Of a stretch of 64,000 bases of DNA, positions 52,839 to 61,874 are shown piece by piece. Position 1 is the stretch's first letter. Each line of letters begins with the position of its first letter. A program made the translations under genes and the position numbers. The stretch is taken from positions 390 to 64,389 of the forward strand of contig JAJCXT010000090.1 in assembly GCA_029263295.1 (NCBI GenBank). Reading direction: 5' to 3'. The notes beneath the pieces are model-generated. The model had not been told where the DNA came from. It saw only the letters and a list, made by a program, of their open reading frames with translations, and ran no database searches. This stretch comes from Acidobacteriota bacterium. Its GTDB lineage: Bacteria; Acidobacteriota; UBA890; WLXD01.

Positions 52839-53498
52839 ATGCGAAGTCTCGAAGAACGTCTGGCCAAGATCCGCGAAGGTGCCGCCGCGAGAATCCCCGC
52901 CGACGTCCTGGCTCAGATGCATGCCACGACCCAGGCACTTATTGATTCGCGCCTGCACGAGGACGCGCTGGGGGAGGGAGACACAGCGCCCGAGTTCGAG
53001 CTGTCGAACACCGAGGGCAACGTGGTGAGCCTCGCCAGCTTGCTGTCGCAGGGGCCAGCGGTGATCACGTTCTTCCGCGGCAACTGGTGACCCTATTGCA
53101 ACGCGGAGCTGGATGCTCTGAACGCTGTCTTGCCCGAGATCCAGAAGGCCGGGGCAACGCTGACGGCGATCTCGCCGCAGTTGCCCGAATTTGGACAGGA
53201 TCTGATCCGCCGACACCGCTTGGGGTTCGAGATCCTGCGCGATGAAGGGTTCGAAGTAGCCAACGCGTACGGACTCGAGTACAACCTGCCCGACGATCTC
53301 GCCGAGCTCTACGGCAACCTCGGCCTTCAACTGGACCAGAGCAACGGGGAACCCCGTTGGCGTCTGCCGTTGCCGGCCCGTTACATCGTCGGAACCGATG
53401 GCACGATCCAGTACGCGCGGGTGCATCCCGATTACACCACTCGGCCCGAGCCGGCTGAAACTGTCGAGGCGCTGGACGAGCTCAGGGAATCACCGTGA
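52839..53498 (+). CDS. Peroxiredoxin-like (PRX-like2 / AhpC-TSA) protein with in-frame TGA at the peroxidatic Cys position; candidate selenoprotein (or nonsense pseudogene)
   Basis: GAGGAG SD lies 5 nt before ATG 52839. ORFs 52839..53090 and 53130..53498 share one frame and are separated only by TGA 53088-53090. The read-through motif is FFRGNW-[TGA]-PYCNAELDAL, where the family has WCPYCN. G/C-ending codons continue downstream of the TGA. Confidence 0.6.
53098..53133 (+). other. Candidate bacterial SECIS-like stem-loop downstream of TGA 53088
   Basis: The lower stem pairs gcaa (53098-53101) with uugc (53130-53133). Next are two pairs, 53102-53103 with 53123-53124. The upper stem has 6 pairs, cggagc (53104-53109) with gcucug (53115-53120), including one G-U. 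The apical loop UGGAU (53110-53114) starts 19 nt after the UGA. Folded by hand only. Confidence 0.4.
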
Positions 53499-55031
53499 GG
53501 CAGCGCCGAAGATGTCCGACTGGCGCCCGGCGCCCAGTTTCGACCTCTTCAGCGCGGCGGTGAACACAGCGTAGAAGCCATCATCGCTTCCCGCGAGACC
53601 GACGTAGTCGCCCAGGAAGATGCTTAGATTCTGTCCGGCGCGCGCGGCAGCGCTGGCGTCGAACGACTTCCGTGTGACGCGCACACCCCGATCAAAGGTG
53701 CGGCCGCCGTCACGCGAACGGTTGACGTAGTAGTCCACGGCATTCGGCTGCGAACCGGCGTTGCGCTGGCTGTAGTAGCCGACGAGGAGTTCCCCGGCGG
53801 CATTGGTGGTCACGCCCACCGTCATCGCAGGCACCTGTGTGGGACCGTCGTTCACCCGCGCCGGAGTCGTCCAGGTGTCGCCACCATCGCGTGACACGAT
53901 CATCGCTGCCTGATCGACGCCAGTGAAGCGTCCATCCGACCACACCACGAAGAGATCGCCGCTGGTCGGATCCACATCGAAAGAGGGCAGAATCGAGCCA
54001 CTCCGGTACCCCGCGACGCCCAGCGCAAGATAGTCGGCGATCTTCACCGGCTTGCTGAAGCGCCGACCGCCGTTCTTGCTCTTGGCAAACCGCACCCCGA
54101 GGTTGGCATCGCCCGGACCGGCACCCGCCCAGATCGCGTAGAGCGTGCCGTCCAGCCCCACTCGCAGGATGACGCCGATATTGGTGCCATCCTCGATGAG
54201 CTTCTTGGGCTTGCTCCAGCTCACTCCCTGGTCGCTGGACCGAGCAACGACCATGCGCTGACCGACGAACCCACCGTTGCGCCACACGTTCACGTCCCAG
54301 CCAACGTAGGCGTTGCCACGATGCCGGCTACCCGCCATGGTGTCTGCAACCATGGAGTTCTTGTCATGGAAATCCAGCTCGTCGCGCACGAGCTCCACGG
54401 GCGGTCCCCAGGTGAAGCCGCCGTCCTTGGACACGCTCACAGCGATGGCGTTGTCGCCCGGAATCGTCCCCGAAACCAGCAGGCTGTTGTAGTACGCCAC
54501 GCCGTCCGGCCCGAACGCCGGCCACGGATCGGACGCTCGACTCCACTCGCCACCGTCGACGACGGTCAAGCCGGGCAACAGCGCGTCGGTCCACGTTCGG
54601 CCGCCATTGGTCGAGACCGCGACGCCGAGCGCGCGGGCTCCGCCGTCCGTGAAACGTGTTTCCTGCCACCCCGCGATCAGATGGTCCGAGTCCTCCGGGT
54701 TCACCGCGACATAAGGCTCGGTCTGGGTCTCTCCCTGCGCAGTGGGGAGAGTCGTCGGTGGCGCCTCGAGCACGTCCGTGCTGACGCGCTTGGGCTGGCG
54801 AAACTTGACCTTCGCACCAGCGCGCAGCGGTGGCACACCCACTGGATATGCAGCTCTGCGCTGGGCTAACGCCTCGCGGTTGCGCGGCAGCCAATAGGCT
54901 TCCGCATCGAATTCGCCCCCCGGGGCGTCGTGCGGGGCAGCCGCCTGCGGCACGAAAGCCGCGGCAAACCCCATCGCGGAGACGGCGACCGACGCCAGGA
55001 CAACAAGGGCGGAAACCTGCCGAGTACGCAT
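53490..55031 (-). CDS. Secreted BNR/Asp-box repeat beta-propeller protein (sialidase-fold), paralog 1
   Basis: AAGGTG SD precedes ATG 55031 and a signal peptide is present. Asp-box motifs are STNGGRTW, SKDGGFTW, SSDQGVSW, SRDGGDTW and SRDGGRTF. It overlaps the convergent Prx-like gene by 9 nt. Confidence 0.85.
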   Translation of the reverse strand: MRTRQVSALVVLASVAVSAMGFAAAFVPQAAAPHDAPGGEFDAEAYWLPRNREALAQRRAAYPVGVPPLRAGAKVKFRQPKRVSTDVLEAPPTTLPTAQGETQTEPYVAVNPEDSDHLIAGWQETRFTDGGARALGVAVSTNGGRTWTDALLPGLTVVDGGEWSRASDPWPAFGPDGVAYYNSLLVSGTIPGDNAIAVSVSKDGGFTWGPPVELVRDELDFHDKNSMVADTMAGSRHRGNAYVGWDVNVWRNGGFVGQRMVVARSSDQGVSWSKPKKLIEDGTNIGVILRVGLDGTLYAIWAGAGPGDANLGVRFAKSKNGGRRFSKPVKIADYLALGVAGYRSGSILPSFDVDPTSGDLFVVWSDGRFTGVDQAAMIVSRDGGDTWTTPARVNDGPTQVPAMTVGVTTNAAGELLVGYYSQRNAGSQPNAVDYYVNRSRDGGRTFDRGVRVTRKSFDASAAARAGQNLSIFLGDYVGLAGSDDGFYAVFTAALKRSKLGAGRQSDIFGAASR

Positions 55032-55109
55032 GTGGATCACCTTCATCCGACAACAGCGAGAGTGCTGAGAGGAACGGGACGCGAGGGGATCAACGCCACG
55101 GGCACACAC
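55032..55109 (-). repeat. Conserved 5' leader/promoter segment, copy 1 (shared with 56760..56838)
   Basis: The minus-strand sequence TAGTGTG...GCGTTGaTCCCCTCG...GCTGTTGTCGGATGAAgGTG is largely conserved with the segment upstream of paralog 2. Confidence 0.5.
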
Positions 55110-55214
55110 TACCTGTCCACGGCTGCCGGTGGGTAGTTCCCCGCCCGATGAAACCCCGACGATCGGCCGTCGGCGCCGATGTCATGATTTCTCGGCGACC
55201 AATCATGGCCCGTG

Positions 55215-56759
55215 TCAGCGCGAGACAGCGGCGAAGATGTCCGCCTGTCGACCGGGGCCGAGCTTGGACCTCTTGAGTGCCGCGGTGAACACTGCGTAGA
55301 AGCCGTCGACGCTGCCGGTGAGACCGACGTAATCACCCATGAAGATGCGGAACTCCCGTCCGCCAGCGAGAGCCGCTGCGCTGGCATCGAACGACTTACG
55401 AGTGACCCGCACACCCTCCTCAAAACTTCTACCCCCGTCGACCGAACGGTTGATGTAGTAGTCCACGACGGTGGCACCGAGATCCGCATTGCGCTGGGAG
55501 TAGTAGCCGACCGCGATCTCGCCCGCTCGGTTGGCGGCCACGCTGACGGTCATCGCGGGCACCAGCGCCGGGCCATCGTTAACACGGGCGGGAGTCGTCC
55601 AAGTATCGCCGCCGTCGCGCGACACGCTCATGGCCACCTGGTCCGCGCCGGTAAACCGCCCGTCCGACCAAACCACGAACAGATCGCCCGTGGTCGGATC
55701 GATGTCGAACGAGGGCAGGATAGCCCCTGAGCGAAAGCCGACGACCCCCCTCGAGAGTGCGTCGGCGACCTTGACCGCCTTGCTGAATCTGCGGCCACCA
55801 TTGGCGCTCTTGGCGAAGCGAATCGACAGGTTGGTGTCCACAGCATCGGCGCCCGCCCAAACCGCATAGAGGGTACCGTCCGGTCCCACGCGCATGACGA
55901 TGCCGATGTTAGTAGCGGACTGGATGAGTCGCTTGGGCTTGCTCCAGCTCTTGCCCTCATCGGTGGAGCGGGAGACCACCATCCGCTGCGCTCCGAACCC
56001 CCCGTTGCCGAGGACGTTGACGTCCCATCCCACGTACGCATTGCCGCGATGCCGGCTACCAGCCACGGTGTCCGCCACCATGGAGTTCTTGTCGTTGAAG
56101 TCGAAGTCGTCGCGGACGATCTCCACTGGCGCGCCCCATGTGAAACCACCATCCCGCGAGACACTCACTGCAATCGCGTTGCTCTCCAAATCGTCACCGG
56201 ACACCAACAGGCTGTTGCAGTAGGCCACCCCGTCCGGCCCAAACGTCGGCCACGGATCGGAGGCTCGATCCCACTCGCCGCCGTCAGCAATCGTCAACCC
56301 AGGGAGCAGCGCGTCGGTCCACCTGCGGCCGCCGCTGGTGGACACCGCCACGCCCAGCGAGCGCGCCCCGCCATCGGTGAAGCGTGTCTCTTGCCAGGCG
56401 GCGAGCAGGTGGTCCGGGTTCGCCGGATTGACCGCCACGTAGGGTTCGGTCTGGGTCTCTGCCTGAGCGGTAGACAGGGTCGCCGGCGGAACTCCGAGGA
56501 TGTCCGTGCTGACTCGCTTGGGCTTGCGAAACTTGACCTTCTCGCTAACGTGGGGCGGCGGCGCACCGACTGGATACGCAGATCTGCGCTGGGCCAGCGC
56601 CGCGCGATGACGTGGCAGCCAATAGGCCTCGGCATCGAACTCGCCACCCGGGGCGTCGTGCGGGGCGGCCGGACGCGGCGCCAGGGCGGCCGCAAGTCCT
56701 ACCGCCGAGGCGGCGATTGAAGCCAGGACGACGAGCGCGGAAGCGTGCCGAATGCGCAT
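55215..56759 (-). CDS. Secreted BNR/Asp-box repeat beta-propeller protein, paralog 2
   Basis: The architecture and motifs match paralog 1 (STSGGRRW, SRDGGFTW, STDEGKSW, SRDGGDTW, SVDGGRSF). AAAGGTGG SD precedes ATG 56759. Confidence 0.85.
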   Translation of the reverse strand: MRIRHASALVVLASIAASAVGLAAALAPRPAAPHDAPGGEFDAEAYWLPRHRAALAQRRSAYPVGAPPPHVSEKVKFRKPKRVSTDILGVPPATLSTAQAETQTEPYVAVNPANPDHLLAAWQETRFTDGGARSLGVAVSTSGGRRWTDALLPGLTIADGGEWDRASDPWPTFGPDGVAYCNSLLVSGDDLESNAIAVSVSRDGGFTWGAPVEIVRDDFDFNDKNSMVADTVAGSRHRGNAYVGWDVNVLGNGGFGAQRMVVSRSTDEGKSWSKPKRLIQSATNIGIVMRVGPDGTLYAVWAGADAVDTNLSIRFAKSANGGRRFSKAVKVADALSRGVVGFRSGAILPSFDIDPTTGDLFVVWSDGRFTGADQVAMSVSRDGGDTWTTPARVNDGPALVPAMTVSVAANRAGEIAVGYYSQRNADLGATVVDYYINRSVDGGRSFEEGVRVTRKSFDASAAALAGGREFRIFMGDYVGLTGSVDGFYAVFTAALKRSKLGPGRQADIFAAVSR

Positions 56760-56838
56760 CTGGACCACCTTTCATCCGACAACAGCAAGGGCTGCCGGGA
56801 GGAGCGGAACCGAGGGGACCAACGCCGCAATCCCACAC
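56760..56838 (-). repeat. Conserved 5' leader/promoter segment, copy 2
   Basis: See 55032..55109. The duplication extends about 75-80 nt beyond the start codon. Confidence 0.5.
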
Positions 56839-56948
56839 TAGCCGTTCACAACAGACCAGGGAAGTCCACCGCGACGAAAAGCGGACAATCGGGTCGCCAT
56901 TGCCGCTGTCATGGCTTGAGTGGCTATCGTGGACATAGAATCTGCGCT

Positions 56949-57959
56949 ATGAAATTCGCTAGCGCTCGACAGATTCGGCACCGATCCTCCCACCTTCCAC
57001 TGCCCCGAGTGCGGCGGCTTGGCGCGATGATCGCAATCGCGTTGACCGCCTCGCTGCTCAACTTCGCGGGTGACGACAGCGCCGCCCACGCGCAGGAGGC
57101 GACCGCCGGCCGCGTCGAAACCATGCCGCTCGACGGAACGCTGACCTCTTGGGGTCGACTCGGTGGCGTGTCCGTGGACGCTCTCGGATTCGTCTACTCC
57201 TCCGCCTTCGGTGAAGAGGTGTGGAAGATCGCCCCCGACGGCACCGTGTCGTTACTCGCCGACGGCTTCTACGGCGCCTCCGGCAACGCGATCGACCTCA
57301 ATGGCGACCTGTTGCAGGCAGGCTTCTTCAGCAACTCCATCCACCGCATCAGTCGCACCGGTGAGGTCGCCCTGGTTGCCGATCAGGGCCTGGCTGGCCC
57401 CGTAGCAATCGCCGTGGGCAGCGACGGCGTGCTCTACGTCTGCTCATGCAACGACAACACCATCACCCGAGTGGAACGCGACGGCACCGCCGGTACGTTC
57501 GCTACTTCCGACCTGTTCGCATGCCCGAACGGCATTACTTTCGATGACCAGGGTGCGCTGTACGTCGTCAGCTTCTCCAATGACCACATGGTCCGTGTCG
57601 ATGCAGAGGGCCATGCCGAACTGTTCGCCACCATCGAGCCGGTGGGCGGCCATTCCGAGCAGGCGATCGCTGCGCGAGTCGCAGGCAACGCCCACGTGGC
57701 ATTCGCCGGCGGCAACTTCTTCGTGACGAAGATCAAGACCAACTCCCTGTGGAGGGTGACGCCGGATGGGGCCGTCTCCCATTTCGCCGGCACATTCGTC
57801 TACGGTCAGGACGACGGCCCGTTGATGGAGGCCACGTTCGCGGCGCCCAACGGTATCGCCGCGCGGGGCGGGACCCTCTACCTGAACGACATGACCGGCA
57901 CCTGGGCGCGGACGGCCCGAGCCTCTCTGGCCATCCGCAAGGTGATCCTGCCGCGCTAG
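56949..57959 (+). CDS. Secreted NHL / SMP-30-gluconolactonase-LRE-like beta-propeller protein
   Basis: Repeats are GPVAIAVGSDGVLYVCS, CPNGITFDDQGALYVVS and APNGIAARGGTLYLND. The start could be ATG 56949 or ATG 57027. Confidence 0.7.
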   Translation: MKFASARQIRHRSSHLPLPRVRRLGAMIAIALTASLLNFAGDDSAAHAQEATAGRVETMPLDGTLTSWGRLGGVSVDALGFVYSSAFGEEVWKIAPDGTVSLLADGFYGASGNAIDLNGDLLQAGFFSNSIHRISRTGEVALVADQGLAGPVAIAVGSDGVLYVCSCNDNTITRVERDGTAGTFATSDLFACPNGITFDDQGALYVVSFSNDHMVRVDAEGHAELFATIEPVGGHSEQAIAARVAGNAHVAFAGGNFFVTKIKTNSLWRVTPDGAVSHFAGTFVYGQDDGPLMEATFAAPNGIAARGGTLYLNDMTGTWARTARASLAIRKVILPR

Positions 57960-58074
57960 GTCGCATACGAGCGCTTGCCGACAGATCCATGGAGCCGTCC
58001 CTTCCGTAGCCCGGCTTCGAGCGAGTACAGTCCGTTTGCACCCGCCTGAAACCTGCCCCTCGGAGAAACCGTCG

Positions 58075-58485
58075 ATGTCGTCTCGCGCGCCCGAGCTGCT
58101 GCGCTGCGCCCCCTACCTTCCCGTGGCGGACCTCGAAGCCGCAACGTCGCACTACGACGAAGTGCTGGGATTCCAGGTCGACTATCTGGGCGGAGCGCCG
58201 CCGCACTTTGCCATCCTCAGTCGCGACGGCCTGGCGCTGATGCTGCGTGCCGTCGCCGATGCTGACAGCATCTGCCCGAACGACCGACAAGGCGGAACCT
58301 GGGACGTTTTCTACTGGGTGACCGACGCGGCCGCGTTGTATGAAGAGTTCTGCTCCCGTGGCGCTGACGTCGTCTACGAGCCGACGTTTCAGCCGGAGTA
58401 CGCGATGAAGGAGTTCGCCGTCCGCGATCTCGATGGTCACGTGCTCGGGTTCGGCCAGAGCGTTCGCGAAGGTGGAAGCAACTGA
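58075..58485 (+). CDS. Glyoxalase/bleomycin-resistance (VOC) family protein
   Basis: YLPVADLEAATSHYDEVLGFQV and EFAVRDLDGHVLGFGQ are typical VOC beta-alpha-beta-beta-beta modules. Confidence 0.75.
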   Translation: MSSRAPELLRCAPYLPVADLEAATSHYDEVLGFQVDYLGGAPPHFAILSRDGLALMLRAVADADSICPNDRQGGTWDVFYWVTDAAALYEEFCSRGADVVYEPTFQPEYAMKEFAVRDLDGHVLGFGQSVREGGSN

Positions 58486-60272
58486 TGTTCGCGAGACTAT
58501 GCCGCGCCGCCGCCATGATTGCGCTCGCCGCGACGATCTCGCCGCTCGGCGCGGCGCAGGAACGACAAACCCCGCGCCTGCGGTACCTCACAACGGCCAG
58601 TCAGCCGGGTCCGGTGGCGCAACGGGATCCGCTGGGCGTGCCATCGCCCGACGGACGCTGGCTGGCTACGCACTCCGGCCTGACGCTGAACGTCGAACCA
58701 CTCTCCGGAAGTGGCCCGGTGCAGCAACTGGGCGGCGGAGAACTACGGCGGCTCCATCTCACCTGGCGGCACGACTCGCAGATCCTCGTGGTGCGCGAAG
58801 CAAACCGCGAGCGCACCTGGTTTGACTGGCGGGAGTACGACACCGAGACCGGAGTACGCAGGCAGCTGTGGAGCGATCGTCCGGAGTTCACAGCGACAGG
58901 TGGCCGCACGGCCGCGCGCGACGATCTGCTCGAACTCCGATTCGCCGCCGACGGCGCCGCCGCGGGGCTGGTGCAGCGCGACGACGGCCGGCAGTTGTGG
59001 ATCTTCGACGACACGGGCGCGGTGCTCGAGACCATCGGCGAACCAGGAGCTTTCAGCAACGTCGCCTGGACCCCCGAAGGAGGCGTCGCCTGCGTCGACG
59101 CGACCAGCGGGAAGCGTCTGCTGAGCCTCGACTGTGGCCGCGCGCCCGGCCGGCCTGCCCTCGGCGAAGTTCGCGGGCCCATTGCGTTCGACGCGTCCGG
59201 CCGCGCGTTCGTGGGCCGGCCCAACGACGGTGGCACCCTGGATCTCTGGCGCCTCGACCTGGCCACCGACACGGCTGAACGGCTGACCGAGTTCGCCCGC
59301 GACACGTACGCGCCGTATGTCCTGAACGACGGGCGCGTGATCTTCAAGCTGCAGCAGTACTCGACAACGATTGCGCGCGTAGATGCCGCTGGCGGCACGC
59401 CCGTAGCCGTGACGACGTTCCAGTCGGAGACACCGTCGTGGGACTGGGCCGGCGAGCGTATCGCCTTCACGTTCGGTAGCTGGCGCCGCTCTATCGACGA
59501 TGCCGAGTATCCCGACATCGCTCAGCACGTGGGCACTGTGAGCGCAGTCAACGGCGTCGCCGCAGCACCTGAAGTCGTCGTGCGACGGTCCTATTCTGAA
59601 GACCAGGGCATGCACTGGTCGCCCAACGGCCGCTGGATCGTGTTGCACTCGCACGCCAACGGCACCGACGACCTCTGGCTGCAGCCGGCGGACGGCTCGG
59701 CCAGTGCCAAACCGATCACCAGTGGCGGCAACGAAACCGGCTGGCCGCGCTTTTCTCCCGACGGGCGATGGATCGTTTACCCGACCGACTACCGCGGCCC
59801 CGAAGGCGACCGCCTCGGCCTGCTGCAGTTGATCGGCTTCGACCAGGAGCTCGGCGAGGTCACGCGGCCACGTCGCGAGATCGAGCTAATCGGCTTCGAC
59901 GGCCAGGCGATCTTCGCCGAGTTCGCGCCGGACTCGCGCACGATCTACTTCGAGGCCATGCACGGAGTCGGTGAGCGCGCCATCTGGCGCGTCGACCGTG
60001 ACGGCGGTGAGCCGGAGTTGATCCATCGTTTCGCCAGTCCACAGTGGTTCAGCGGCATCAGTCTGTCCCCCGACGCTGCCAGCGTCGTGTACGTCGCGCC
60101 GGCCCCCGATGGACGCCTGCAGCTGTTCAGCCTGCCTGTTGCCGGGGGGGAACCCACCCAGATCACGTTCGACCCGAGCGATAAGACGCACCCGTCATGG
60201 TCACCCCGCGGCGACCAGATCGCCTTCACCGTATTCCGCTATCTGGCTCACTTCTGGATGCTCGAGTCCTAG
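58485..60272 (+). CDS. Secreted PD40/WD40-like beta-propeller protein (TolB-like)
   Basis: The ATG shares one nt with the preceding TGA. A signal peptide is present. PD40 motifs are WSPNGRWIVLHS, FSPDGRWIVYPT, FAPDSRTIYF, LSPDAASVVYV and WSPRGDQIAFT. Confidence 0.8.
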   Translation: MFARLCRAAAMIALAATISPLGAAQERQTPRLRYLTTASQPGPVAQRDPLGVPSPDGRWLATHSGLTLNVEPLSGSGPVQQLGGGELRRLHLTWRHDSQILVVREANRERTWFDWREYDTETGVRRQLWSDRPEFTATGGRTAARDDLLELRFAADGAAAGLVQRDDGRQLWIFDDTGAVLETIGEPGAFSNVAWTPEGGVACVDATSGKRLLSLDCGRAPGRPALGEVRGPIAFDASGRAFVGRPNDGGTLDLWRLDLATDTAERLTEFARDTYAPYVLNDGRVIFKLQQYSTTIARVDAAGGTPVAVTTFQSETPSWDWAGERIAFTFGSWRRSIDDAEYPDIAQHVGTVSAVNGVAAAPEVVVRRSYSEDQGMHWSPNGRWIVLHSHANGTDDLWLQPADGSASAKPITSGGNETGWPRFSPDGRWIVYPTDYRGPEGDRLGLLQLIGFDQELGEVTRPRREIELIGFDGQAIFAEFAPDSRTIYFEAMHGVGERAIWRVDRDGGEPELIHRFASPQWFSGISLSPDAASVVYVAPAPDGRLQLFSLPVAGGEPTQITFDPSDKTHPSWSPRGDQIAFTVFRYLAHFWMLES

Positions 60273-60345
60273 CGCCGAGCTTCCCACACCGACATCATGA
60301 AACAGCACCGCGGCCGCTGATTGCCATCACTCAGGGACACGAATA

Positions 60346-61095
60346 ATGAAATCGCTACCGATCCGCTACCTGCTGACGGCTGTGGCTATCGCCGCCGCCC
60401 TGATGCCGTCTGCACGCGCGCTCGCTGGCACCGGCGGCGCAACCGAAGACCGCGTGCTGAAGCTCGCGGATGGAGGCGACCTGCGCTACGGGCTGCACGT
60501 TCCCGCGGCGGCCAGCGACGGCCCCGTCCCGCTGATCATCGGCCTGCACTACGGCTGGGGCGGCGGCGGGAGCCCACCCCCGTACTACGGCCGCGACTAC
60601 ATGAACATTCTGGCGCGCCCCGGGTTCGCCGGGCTAGACGCGATCATCATCGCGCCGGATTGTCCGGGGAGAGGCTGGGGCGACCCGCGCAGCGACGCCG
60701 CGGTGATGGAGCTGGTCGAGAGCATCCGCGCCGAGTTCCGGATCGACCCCGACAGGATCGTGGTCACCGGCTTCAGCCTTGGCGGCATGGGAACTTGGTC
60801 GTTCGCGGCTCGACATCCCGACCTGATATCGGCGGCAGTTCCCGTGGCGGGACGGCCAACGGACGAGATGGTGAGCGGCTGGGGAGACACTCCGGTGTTC
60901 GCCATCCATGGCGACCAGGACGACGTGGTCCCGATCGGCCCCACGCGTGCAGCCATTGCCACGCTGAGCGAGCGGGGCGTCGTGGCGGAACTGGTCGAGC
61001 TCCAGGGCTTCGTTCACTTCCAGACTCCCCGCTACGCCCAGCCGCTGACCGCCGCGGTTCCCTGGCTCGAACGAATCTGGTCGTCGATGCGATAG
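60346..61095 (+). CDS. Secreted alpha/beta hydrolase (carboxylesterase / PHB-depolymerase-like)
   Basis: A signal peptide is present. The nucleophile elbow is GFSLGGMG. Downstream HGDQDDVVP and a His region are present. Confidence 0.75.
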   Translation: MKSLPIRYLLTAVAIAAALMPSARALAGTGGATEDRVLKLADGGDLRYGLHVPAAASDGPVPLIIGLHYGWGGGGSPPPYYGRDYMNILARPGFAGLDAIIIAPDCPGRGWGDPRSDAAVMELVESIRAEFRIDPDRIVVTGFSLGGMGTWSFAARHPDLISAAVPVAGRPTDEMVSGWGDTPVFAIHGDQDDVVPIGPTRAAIATLSERGVVAELVELQGFVHFQTPRYAQPLTAAVPWLERIWSSMR

Positions 61096-61114
61096 CGCTT
61101 CAGAACCCGCCGAT

Positions 61115-61648
61115 TCAACGTGAGCAACTGGGAAGGAGCTCGTACGCGAGCGCGCCTTCCGCCTGCGCGAGCGCCTGGATGTTCATACATGGGTAGTTGA
61201 AGAAGGTCTCGTGCTCGACCACATGATCTTCCTCGAGAATCAGGATCGTCTGGTACGGCACATCAAACCGCATCGTCTTGCCGTCCCCGGAGATCAGGCC
61301 GCGCAGCGTGCCGGAATAGGTCACGACACCATTCATGGCGCCGAAGCGGCCGACCACGTTGATCTCTTCGATCTCCACGCCGTCCCAGGCGGCCGGGATC
61401 TGGACCATCAGATCGTCAACCCCGACTATTTCCATGCCGAAGGCTCGGTCACGCATGACCGTCTCCTGGGTCCAGTAGTTCTTCAACGATTCCATGTTCC
61501 GGTGAAAGAACTCGTTCATATAGAGGTCCGCCATGGCGAGGTTCGCTGCCGCCTCCGCGACATCGTTCACCACGGACTCACGCGTCTGTCCCGCGGCCGG
61601 CAACGGCACGATGGCGACCATGAGAGCTGCCCACAACATCGTCTTCAT
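61115..61648 (-). CDS. Secreted NTF2/SnoaL-like fold protein
   Basis: ATG 61648 gives signal peptide MKTMLWAALMVAIVPLPAAG. The fold assignment rests on size and pattern only. Confidence 0.5.
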   Translation of the reverse strand: MKTMLWAALMVAIVPLPAAGQTRESVVNDVAEAAANLAMADLYMNEFFHRNMESLKNYWTQETVMRDRAFGMEIVGVDDLMVQIPAAWDGVEIEEINVVGRFGAMNGVVTYSGTLRGLISGDGKTMRFDVPYQTILILEEDHVVEHETFFNYPCMNIQALAQAEGALAYELLPSCSR

Positions 61649-61874
61649 CGACTGTTGCTGTCCTTCGGAGTTTCTTGGGGATGTCCGCGATCGGTGTACG
61701 TTGTCCGCATGCAAGTACGGCGAGGCTCGCCGATAGTTCCGTCTGCCATCGCGATTGGGACGCAGCCCTGGCGACGCCTGGATCGGCCACCCCGTTGCTT
61801 GAGACTCACGGGGGATGTTGCTTGAATGGCGGGTCCATACACGTCGGACAACCCCAATCGAACGGGAGGTAAAG

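Noticed and set aside
61794-61825. Direct repeat gttgcttga (61794-61802 and 61817-61825) upstream of the M55 peptidase gene as a promoter element
   Set aside because: I could not pair either copy with a plausible -10 element at correct spacing. A 9-bp repeat at this distance may be chance, so it is not reported as a feature.
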